A DNA stretch of 64,000 nt, from contig OZ244780.1 of the NCBI GenBank assembly GCA_965219565.1, positions 174,287-238,286 on the forward strand, given 5' to 3'. The notes beneath the pieces are model-generated. The model saw only the letters and a list, made by a program, of their open reading frames with translations, was not told where the DNA came from and searched no databases. Positions 8,029-15,150 of the stretch are shown here, one piece after another. This stretch comes from Dehalococcoidia bacterium (lineage in GTDB: Bacteria > Chloroflexota > Dehalococcoidia > Lucifugimonadales > JAGWBF01). A program made the position numbers and the translations under genes. Each line of letters begins with the position of its first letter. The stretch's first letter is position 1.

Positions 8029-9450
8029 ATGACCCGCTTAGTCGTGATTCCTCTGGCATCCATACTGGCCGTGGTCCTTTTGGCCCTGGCCGGGCTGGCC
8101 GTGGCTACAGCCCAAGCCTCCGACCCGGATGTCAGCCCGTTCTACGACTCAAACGGCAACGGGGTGATTGACAGGGACGAGGTTATAACAGCCGTCGCAG
8201 ACTATTTCGCGGGTGTCATCACTAGAGACCAGGTCCTCGTCATCGTCCAGTACTACTTCAGCGGTGAGGCAGTCCCAGATATAGAGGACATCCTGCCGGA
8301 TGAGCCGCCCACCCGGTCCCTGAGTGAGGTCATCGAGGATGTGCGCCCGGCGGTGGTGTACGTCCGAAATCTCAAGGTGGGCAGCGGGAGCGGCGTCATA
8401 TTCAAGACCGAAGGCGAGACGGGGTACGTGATGACCAACTCCCACGTCGTGGACGACATGGAGGAGGGCCTATGGGTCAGGACCGATGACGAAGAGTGGT
8501 ACACTGCCACTTTGCTGCGAGCTGACCCCATCCGCGACCTGGCCGTGGTCACTATTTGCTGCGGTGAGTTCACGGCTTTGGACTTCGCTCAACCAGAGGA
8601 CGTCGAGGTCGGGGATGACGTGGTGGTAATGGGCTACCCGGACCCATTGTCGTATGACACAGCTACGGTGACTAAAGGCATCGTGTCAGCGTTACGATAT
8701 CGCTGGAGCCGAGCTAGCATAATTCTGCAAACTGATGCTGCCAGCAATCCTGGCAACAGCGGCGGCCCCATACTGTCCACTGACGGCCTTATAGCAGGCA
8801 TCGTTCACTCGCGCTCCGAGGAGGGACGTGACGACCGTCCCCGTTTTGGGCTGAGTTATGGAGCGGCTGTGGCGACCATACAGGAGCACATGACTTCGCT
8901 GATTACGCCCGGAGGTGAGTTTATCTTCGAGGATATCTCAGGCGAGCTTCGCCACCAACCCGACGATGACAATATCGTGCAACGCGTATTCAATATGAAC
9001 TATATCGATGGCCGAGCCGATGTAGAGCTAGAGACAACCTTCACGAACCCGTATTCTGCCAGCACACAGCTTTGGTCCTACGGATTAACGGTCCGCTATG
9101 ACCCCGACAGACAAGATGATGAAGACCTGCCCGATCTCAGGATTCTTATTGACAGTGAACGCAGATGGCGGGTACAGATGGCCGTGACTGGGCCTGATGA
9201 GGTTATCGCTAGTGGACAAGCCACCAACATTATGGTCGACGAAGGGGAACGGAACCATATCAAGGTAAGGGCCGTTGGCGATACAGCTCAGTTGTACATA
9301 AACGGCCAGCAGGTTGGGGGCAACATAGACATTAGCTCCGTGCCCCATCCTGGCGACATCGGAGTGTTCACCGGCTATTGGACCGGCAGTGAACGTGACG
9401 GGGCCGTAACTGAGTTTGAGAACTTGCGCGGCAAGCTGCTTGACCAGTGA
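8029..9450 (+). CDS. Secreted trypsin-fold (S1) serine protease with Ca-binding loop and C-terminal beta-rich domain
   Basis: Signal peptide ending ATAQA|SD; DSNGNGVIDRDE loop; catalytic triad contexts TNSHVV, RDLAVV, GNSGGP. An unassigned C-terminal domain of about 190 aa follows. Confidence 0.8.
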   Translation: MTRLVVIPLASILAVVLLALAGLAVATAQASDPDVSPFYDSNGNGVIDRDEVITAVADYFAGVITRDQVLVIVQYYFSGEAVPDIEDILPDEPPTRSLSEVIEDVRPAVVYVRNLKVGSGSGVIFKTEGETGYVMTNSHVVDDMEEGLWVRTDDEEWYTATLLRADPIRDLAVVTICCGEFTALDFAQPEDVEVGDDVVVMGYPDPLSYDTATVTKGIVSALRYRWSRASIILQTDAASNPGNSGGPILSTDGLIAGIVHSRSEEGRDDRPRFGLSYGAAVATIQEHMTSLITPGGEFIFEDISGELRHQPDDDNIVQRVFNMNYIDGRADVELETTFTNPYSASTQLWSYGLTVRYDPDRQDDEDLPDLRILIDSERRWRVQMAVTGPDEVIASGQATNIMVDEGERNHIKVRAVGDTAQLYINGQQVGGNIDISSVPHPGDIGVFTGYWTGSERDGAVTEFENLRGKLLDQ

Positions 9451-9516
9451 AGGGACCACATGCCGCTCTGTGTGCCATCACCACGCCCGCCGCTAGTTGT
9501 TTAATGCCCTTAGCGA

Positions 9517-9987
9517 CTAATAGCACCCCGTCCATTCCACGTCCGACGGCCAGGGTATGAACTCGATCGTGCGGCCGCTTACGGATTTGAATACGGCCAG
9601 GTCATCTCTAACCAGCTCAATCGTGCCCCGACTGTCATCGGAAGTCCAACCCGGCGGCGGATTGTAGTTGCCCAGCATTGGATCGGCCATCCAGACCCGT
9701 CCATCGAAGTGAGCGTCGCGGACACCGCAGTGGACGTATAAAGTGTATGGATACGTGTCTCCGATTTCCGCGCCCGGTCCTTGAGGCGGTCTCTCTAGGA
9801 GTTCTGGGTCCACTGTGGGCATCGGCGCCGGTGTCGCCGTTGGAGATGTTGGTTGAGCGGTCGGGATGGAGGAGCCGTCGCATCCTGCTGTGGCCACTAT
9901 CAAGAAAACCAACAGTCCGCCGACAATGCTAAGCCTCGAAACTCCATGCCGCCTTCTCCCCTTTGATTCTTTCATGGCAGCCCTCAT
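9517..9987 (-). CDS. Lipoprotein, unknown function
   Basis: 156-aa ORF. GGAGGG lies 9 nt upstream of the ATG. Lipobox LIVATAGC is followed by a Pro/Thr-rich linker. Confidence 0.6.
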   Translation of the reverse strand: MRAAMKESKGRRRHGVSRLSIVGGLLVFLIVATAGCDGSSIPTAQPTSPTATPAPMPTVDPELLERPPQGPGAEIGDTYPYTLYVHCGVRDAHFDGRVWMADPMLGNYNPPPGWTSDDSRGTIELVRDDLAVFKSVSGRTIEFIPWPSDVEWTGCY

Positions 9988-10127
9988 CGAATAACCCTCC
10001 AGCTGAGGCGCCCCCCTTGTGGGTCAGGGACACCACCATGAATAAGACGTAGCGGCTCAGGAAAAGGTTCCCGGTGGAGGAGAACTTTTCACCCGCGGGC
10101 GGTTCCTTCTCCACATTCTCATTGTAG

Positions 10128-11375
10128 CTAAACGGCCCTCGGCCCGTCGCCCCAGGGCACGTCGGGCATGTTTCTGCTCCGGCGCACCTCGTTTATCGTG
10201 AGGACTCCCCGGTCCAGCAGCAGCGCTTCGCGGTTTGCCCGGTCGTTCTCGTCCTCCTTTAGCGCCTCGATGTCGGCCAGGTCGAACTCCACCCTTACGC
10301 CAGAGTGGCCCAGCATGGGAAGCAGCTTCTCGTTGATATGCTCCTCCAGGAACTTCATCTCCGGAATCATGGTGTTGCGCCAGAAGATGCGTTCCGCTGT
10401 GTTGATGTTCGTGAAGGTGGCGTTCTGGTAGTCGGACAGAAGTGGCATAGGGACTCCAAAGGTGCGGCTCACGTCCTCCAGGCTCCAGCGCAGGCCCTGG
10501 ACGAACTCCATCTCCCTGTGGGTGAATCCCAGCGTCTTAATGTCCTTAATAAAGCTGGCTATGGCGGGCCGGTGGGCGTTTCCTGGGCCTCTGAACCGCC
10601 GCTCCCAACGCTGGTAGAAGTCCTCCACCTCGTCGTCGGTCATCCCCTCCTCGGTGGTGAAGATGACATCGGGTTGAGCCGAGTTCCGGAAGAAGTTCCG
10701 GTTGAAGCGCATGGCGTCCGCCCCCATGTCGGCGGATAAACGCAGGGGCGCCATTGGCGACAGCCCGGCGTACTCGTCCATGGGGTTGAAGTAGCGGAAC
10801 CAAATCACCTCGTCTCTCGTATACGGCACAGGCCCTGTCGTTCCCATGTAGACGTATCCTTTGACGTACCGATGTCTGTCTGGCAGCACGCGCATCCGGT
10901 CGGGACGCAGAGGCCAGATTTCCCACCGGCCCTCGTCGTCCGGATCCAGCGCCCAGAAGGCCGAACCCCACAGGCTCAGGTAGGTCTCTGTAGCCCTCCA
11001 TAGGTCGCCCCTGGTGTGCCAGGGGTTCACCCGGTCTATAAGCTGCTGCACCGGGTGGTCAGGACTTACCGGAATCCACCCCGAGGAGCCGTCTCTGGCC
11101 AGCGCGGTAACCCCGGGCCGAGCCAGGGCTTCGCTCCGCACCCGAATTGCCGAGTATACGGGCACGGAGGAAGCGTAGTAGCTCCCGTACACCGTTTTGG
11201 CCCAGTCCTGTCCGACGCCCGAGGTCTCGCTATAGCGGTCCACGTCCACCCGGGAGGTGCGGTTGGCTTTGGCAACGTGCGAGGGACCTAGTCCGTTATC
11301 GCTCTTACCCTGCCTCCGGCCAAGCGCTCCCAGCGCGTGCTGCAACAGATTGGCGGACTTGATTGTGGTTGTCAT
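10128..11375 (-). CDS. Phage portal protein, HK97 family
   Basis: 415-aa ORF downstream of TerL. VPVYSAIRVRSEALARP...LIDRVNPWHTRGDLWRATETYLSLWGSAFWAL is typical of HK97-type portals. Confidence 0.85.
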   Translation of the reverse strand: MTTTIKSANLLQHALGALGRRQGKSDNGLGPSHVAKANRTSRVDVDRYSETSGVGQDWAKTVYGSYYASSVPVYSAIRVRSEALARPGVTALARDGSSGWIPVSPDHPVQQLIDRVNPWHTRGDLWRATETYLSLWGSAFWALDPDDEGRWEIWPLRPDRMRVLPDRHRYVKGYVYMGTTGPVPYTRDEVIWFRYFNPMDEYAGLSPMAPLRLSADMGADAMRFNRNFFRNSAQPDVIFTTEEGMTDDEVEDFYQRWERRFRGPGNAHRPAIASFIKDIKTLGFTHREMEFVQGLRWSLEDVSRTFGVPMPLLSDYQNATFTNINTAERIFWRNTMIPEMKFLEEHINEKLLPMLGHSGVRVEFDLADIEALKEDENDRANREALLLDRGVLTINEVRRSRNMPDVPWGDGPRAV

Positions 11376-11405
11376 GCTTTCCTCCGTTTGATTCTTCTAC
11401 TGCGC

Positions 11406-11504
11406 TTCGCCCAAGGCTAACTGGGGGGTTCGGATACCGTTCGTGCTGAGCTTGTCGAAGCACACCACCCCGAGATATCCCTTTGATATGTTTCGCCCAA
11501 GCCT
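11406..11504. repeat. MITE-like ~73-nt insert flanked by 13-nt direct repeats
   Basis: TTCGCCCAAGGCT (11406-11418) and TTCGCCCAAGCCT (11492-11504) flank a segment containing the hairpin GTGCT-GAGCTTGTCGA-AGCAC. It sits exactly at the TerL stop. Confidence 0.45.
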
Positions 11505-12862
11505 CACCCCCACAGCTTCACCCTCCGTCTATATGGCAGGAAGGCCAGCATCAGTGCGTCGGCTCTGTCCGGCGAACGAACTCCCCTCTTGCGCATGTCG
11601 TCCTTGCTCTCCACCAATAGCTGCCCGACGCTGTTGAAGCTGTACTTCAGGGAGGCCAATTCGCCCATCAATTCCTTGTCCGACGGCAGGAACACTTCGC
11701 CGTTGGTGATCATCTGGCGCAGGTTCCAGTATCCCTCCGCTCTAAGATTGGCAAAGCGGCTTGGGTCATGGGCGGCTCGTCCCACGTTCACGCCGTCCAC
11801 CCTGTATCCCAGTTCCTTCAGCCGGTCCACCACACCGGCCCCTATGCCCACCTCGTCCACCACCACGTCCTCCGGGTCCGCCTCTTTGATGGCGGCCACC
11901 ACGAGGCCCGTCAGCTTCATGGTGTCCAGGCCCCGGAATGTCCGCACTGGCTTGACCTGACCGCCCCGGCGCACGAGGATTACGCTTCTGTCGCTGCCGA
12001 ACCGGGCCACGTCTACGGCTACCACCGTCGGCTGGGGTGCGTCGTCCTGCTCCACTGCCCCGCCCGAGACCTTGGCCGCGCCTTCTATTGCGGAGAGAGG
12101 AATCAGCGTGTCCTCCGACTGCTCCGGGAACTCGCCCAACACCCTGGCCTGAAATATGGGGTTGTCCTCCCCCCATATCTTCCGCCGCTGCTCCACCCAT
12201 CTCGCGGTCACCAGGCCGGGCACCGTCTGTGCGCCCCCCGCCACGTTGGGGCTGTCGTAGGCCGATATAGTTATGGTGTGGTACAGCTCCCTGTCCTCGT
12301 GGAACGCCCGGCGGAAGGAGCCGGTGACGGTCGTGGGGTTGCCAATAAGCAGCAACCGGCAGTTCTCCGAGGTCATCAGAGCCTCTATGGCTTCGTAGAT
12401 GGGCTCGGCGACTCCCTCTGCCTCATCCACCACTATGAGCATGTTGGCGCTGTGAAAACCCTGGAACTCATCGGGGCTGTCAGCGGATAGCCCCATGGCG
12501 AAGCTGTCTCTTTCGGGCATCTCCAGGCGGGTGTCCAGCAACTTCCCGCCCAGGTCGAATTTTGCGTTGCGGTAGCGGCGGTGCACCTCTTTCCAGAGGA
12601 TGTGGCGGACCTGCCTGAAGGTCGGAGCCGTGCTCAACGCCACGGCGTGCTCGTGGCAACTCATGAACCAGAGGATTGCCACCGCCGCCGAGAACCCCTT
12701 TCCCAGCCCGTTGCCCGACTTCACCGCCACCCGTTCGTTAGCCGCGACGGCGGTTAGAGCCTCCACCTGCTTTGACCAAGGCTCCACTCCCAGGACTTTC
12801 CGAGCGAAGTAGACGGGGTCTTCCCGGTGCCGCTTGGTGCATTTATATGGCTTCTTGTTCAA
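11504..12862 (-). CDS. Terminase large subunit
   Basis: 452-aa ORF. Walker A SGNGLGKG, Walker B LIVVDEAEG, and a C-terminal nuclease-like VVAVDVARFGSDRS. The start is a TTG with no SD; the first ATG lies after Walker A. Confidence 0.85.
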   Translation of the reverse strand: MNKKPYKCTKRHREDPVYFARKVLGVEPWSKQVEALTAVAANERVAVKSGNGLGKGFSAAVAILWFMSCHEHAVALSTAPTFRQVRHILWKEVHRRYRNAKFDLGGKLLDTRLEMPERDSFAMGLSADSPDEFQGFHSANMLIVVDEAEGVAEPIYEAIEALMTSENCRLLLIGNPTTVTGSFRRAFHEDRELYHTITISAYDSPNVAGGAQTVPGLVTARWVEQRRKIWGEDNPIFQARVLGEFPEQSEDTLIPLSAIEGAAKVSGGAVEQDDAPQPTVVAVDVARFGSDRSVILVRRGGQVKPVRTFRGLDTMKLTGLVVAAIKEADPEDVVVDEVGIGAGVVDRLKELGYRVDGVNVGRAAHDPSRFANLRAEGYWNLRQMITNGEVFLPSDKELMGELASLKYSFNSVGQLLVESKDDMRKRGVRSPDRADALMLAFLPYRRRVKLWG

Positions 12863-12871
12863 CAGGCCGTC

Positions 12872-13027
12872 CTAGGCGCCCAGCGCCGGAGCATGGGTCG
12901 GACTGCTGTCAGAAGGACTGAAGATGAAGCCGCATCCCCGGCATCTATAGACCTCGTTGTCTTTGTCCAGCCGTTTAGCCAGCCTGATCAGGCGGACATC
13001 TCCGCAGCGTCGGCAATGCAATTCCAT
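12872..13027 (-). CDS. 51-aa zinc-ribbon protein (CxxC-x20-CxxC), in frame with TerL
   Basis: Found by hand (too short for the ORF track): MELHCRRCGDVRLIRLAKRLDKDNEVYRCRGCGFIFSPSDSSPTHAPALGA. GGAGGG lies 5 nt upstream of the ATG. Confidence 0.5.
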   Translation of the reverse strand: MELHCRRCGDVRLIRLAKRLDKDNEVYRCRGCGFIFSPSDSSPTHAPALGA

Positions 13028-13040
13028 GTATGCCCTCCAC

Positions 13041-13078
13041 AAAAAAAGGGGGACGGACCCGGAGCCCGGGTCCGTCCC
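13041..13078 (-). terminator. Strong intrinsic-terminator-like hairpin immediately upstream of the Zn-ribbon/TerL RBS
   Basis: Minus strand reads GGGACGGACCCGG-GCT-CCGGGTCCGTCCC then CC TTTTTTT G, followed by GGAGGG and the ATG. Confidence 0.6.
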
Positions 13079-13090
13079 GTTGAATATCAG

Positions 13091-13118
13091 TTTATGGAGC
13101 GGCTTTTTGCGGCGTCAA
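13091..13118 (-). promoter_or_regulatory. Possible sigma70-like promoter (TTGACG-16-CATAAA) feeding the leader terminator
   Basis: Motif match only. The -10 lies about 12 nt upstream of the hairpin. Confidence 0.3.
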
Positions 13119-13160
13119 CAGACAGGTGGCATGGGGTCAAGCATGAGACGTCTGTAGGAT

Positions 13161-13276
13161 TCCCTTCCCCCTTCAAGGGGCAAGGTCAGGATGGAGGTGG
13201 GGAGTCCGCACAAGGTCCGATGGCACATCTGCGCCATACTCCCTCTCCCTCAGGGAGAGGGTTGGGGTGAAGGGAG
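13161..13276. repeat. Two REP-like GC-rich palindromic units (C-arm/G-arm hairpin plus GGGGTGA-type tail)
   Basis: CCCTTCCCCCTTCAAGGGGCAAGG..GGAGGTGGGGAG and CCCTCTCCCTCAGGGAGAGGGTTGGGGTGAAGGG. Related copies lie at 34011, 36391 and 51351. Confidence 0.6.
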
Positions 13277-13314
13277 ACAATAAGAAGGGGCGGCGCATTT
13301 AAGTACGCCGCCCC
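13275..13314 (-). terminator. Probable terminator of the RdhA-like gene
   Basis: Minus strand reads GGGGCGGCG-TACTTAAATG-CGCCGCCCC then TTCTTATTGTCT, about 30 nt after the stop at 13345. Confidence 0.5.
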
Positions 13315-13344
13315 TCTGCGTTGGGCGTTATTCAAGGACGTGGG

Positions 13345-14649
13345 CTAGAACTCGTCCATGTCCTCAATGTCCCACTCCAAGTCCATGGCGTTGGCGGGAC
13401 CTTTGACCGCGTCTTCCAACCGTGAGCGGAACTCGGAGAACACTTCGTCTCCGTCCGTTCCTTGAGGCACCTCGCCTGACGACATCTTCTCGGTCAGGTC
13501 CTTGAGGAGGTACTCGCTGGCTGTGCCTTCCGGCACGTGGAAGAAGTCGGCGTCGAACCTGGGAAGTTCGCCGGGGCCGAAGTAGCCCGAGTCGTGCATC
13601 TCGAAGCCTTCCAGCAGGTGCGTGCCCTTGCCCAGCACCTCTCCGGTGGAAGCGTAGTGGTCCAGCACGTTGTGTAGGCCGTACCGCTGCACCGGGCATA
13701 CCTTCATGCAGATTCCGCATGCGGCGTACCGGGCCATCACCGGGCGGCACCTCTTGGCGATGAGCTTGAACTTCTCGACACCCCTCCACCAGACCTTCTC
13801 CCTCATGAGGGCGCGGCCCGGGCAGCGGTTCACGCACACCTGGCACACGGAACAGAAGGCGTGAATTCCGTAGTCCACTGGGCTGTCGTTTTCAAGAGGC
13901 ATGTCCGTTGTGATCATCATCAGGCGGTGCCGGGAGCCGAAGTGGGGAGACAACAGGTAACCCATCGCTCCCTGCTGGCCCATACCCGCCGCTACGAACA
14001 TTGGTATTACGGCCGTGCTGGCGTCGGTGGGGGCGTGAATCTGGGCGTGGAAACCGAGAGAGCGGATGTGCTCGGCGAAGGCCAGCGCAATGCCCGTCTC
14101 CCTCCGGTAGGTGGCGAACACGGCGGCCTCCGCCGGCTCGCTGGGAATGGTCTGGGTCTCTTCGTAGGGCTGCTCCAGCGCCAGGCATATGGCGTTGGGG
14201 AAGGGCTTGATCCAGTTCTTCTTGCTCTTGTAGGCGTACCGCTTGTCATAGGGCGTGATGCCCACCATGGAGAAGCCCAGTTCCATGGCCTTGTCCTTGA
14301 TATCATCCGTGTAGTCTTTAGACCAGTCGGCTTCGCCTTCGGGCTCCAGGGTGCCCGATAGGTTGGCCTCACGGATGAGTGGCTTGTTCAGCCGCTCGTG
14401 CTCGTCCCGGGTCTCTTTGATGTCGCTGACCGCCCGAGACCAAGCCCTGTACACGAAGTTCTCGACCTGGTGACTCTCCAGAGGATAGTGGACGCTGTAC
14501 CAGTCCACCGTCTTCTTGTCCTGGGGGGCTCCAGGGACGGTCTCCAGCTCCTCGGGGACTCCTATAACAGGGTCTTCGCCCGCTCCGGGGATTGGTCCCC
14601 TCAGCGTCTGAGGTACTTTGACACTGTGGCCTATCTTTAGCATGGGCAA
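13345..14649 (-). CDS. Reductive-dehalogenase-like / QueG-superfamily iron-sulfur protein, cytoplasmic type
   Basis: 434-aa ORF with two ferredoxin-type clusters (CSVCQVCVNRCP and CGICMKVCP). No twin-arginine signal, and no adjacent RdhB-like anchor gene. Confidence 0.6.
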   Translation of the reverse strand: MPMLKIGHSVKVPQTLRGPIPGAGEDPVIGVPEELETVPGAPQDKKTVDWYSVHYPLESHQVENFVYRAWSRAVSDIKETRDEHERLNKPLIREANLSGTLEPEGEADWSKDYTDDIKDKAMELGFSMVGITPYDKRYAYKSKKNWIKPFPNAICLALEQPYEETQTIPSEPAEAAVFATYRRETGIALAFAEHIRSLGFHAQIHAPTDASTAVIPMFVAAGMGQQGAMGYLLSPHFGSRHRLMMITTDMPLENDSPVDYGIHAFCSVCQVCVNRCPGRALMREKVWWRGVEKFKLIAKRCRPVMARYAACGICMKVCPVQRYGLHNVLDHYASTGEVLGKGTHLLEGFEMHDSGYFGPGELPRFDADFFHVPEGTASEYLLKDLTEKMSSGEVPQGTDGDEVFSEFRSRLEDAVKGPANAMDLEWDIEDMDEF

Positions 14650-14799
14650 CCTCCCTTACCGTAATTCTCCCACAATAGGCATACTTGGCAATAAGTTTAT
14701 ACGCCGTTTACGTGGCTATGTCAAGCGATTTGCACGCTCATCTTGGCCATGAATGCGGCGTTGGCGGCTAAAGGACCAGAGCTGTTGTCTCCGCCCGGA

Positions 14800-14979
14800 C
14801 TACTTGTGCTTTTCTATGAGTCCCTTGATCCTGCTGTCGATGTCTCCAAGGTCGACGGACGCGTCTGACCTGGCGATACCGAGGTGTGAGTCTCGGACCA
14901 ACTGTTCCCAGTCGGGGTCGTTGGCGTATTGGTCGCGCAGTTCGGTAAAGTACCGGTCCAGCATTTCTCGGTCGAACAT
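14800..14979 (-). CDS. 59-aa hypothetical protein
   Basis: Found by hand: MFDREMLDRYFTELRDQYANDPDWEQLVRDSHLGIARSDASVDLGDIDSRIKGLIEKHK. GGAGGAG lies upstream of the ATG and third codon positions are GC-rich. Confidence 0.4.
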   Translation of the reverse strand: MFDREMLDRYFTELRDQYANDPDWEQLVRDSHLGIARSDASVDLGDIDSRIKGLIEKHK

Positions 14980-15150
14980 AGGCTCCTCCGGGAAGGGTGA
15001 GGGTTGGGCCGCCTTGCGAATTCTACGCTAGCCGGAAACTTCCGTCAACCTGACCGCCCTGGGACGCGCCACTTGCTTTTCCTTCTGCCCTGTCGGGAGA
15101 AGGTTAAGGTGAAGCTGAGTTGTCTGAATCTCCCTCGTCTCTCAGCAGAT

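Larger units (their letters stand above)
3741..13027 (-). mobile_element. Head-module-only HK97-type phage-like cluster (prophage remnant or domesticated capsid/packaging module)
   Basis: Colinear minus-strand genes: Zn-ribbon ORF, TerL, portal, (insert), prohead protease, major capsid, unknown, connector, neck-like protein. No tail, lysis, integrase or replication genes appear in the window. Core genes lie on both flanks. Confidence 0.7.
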
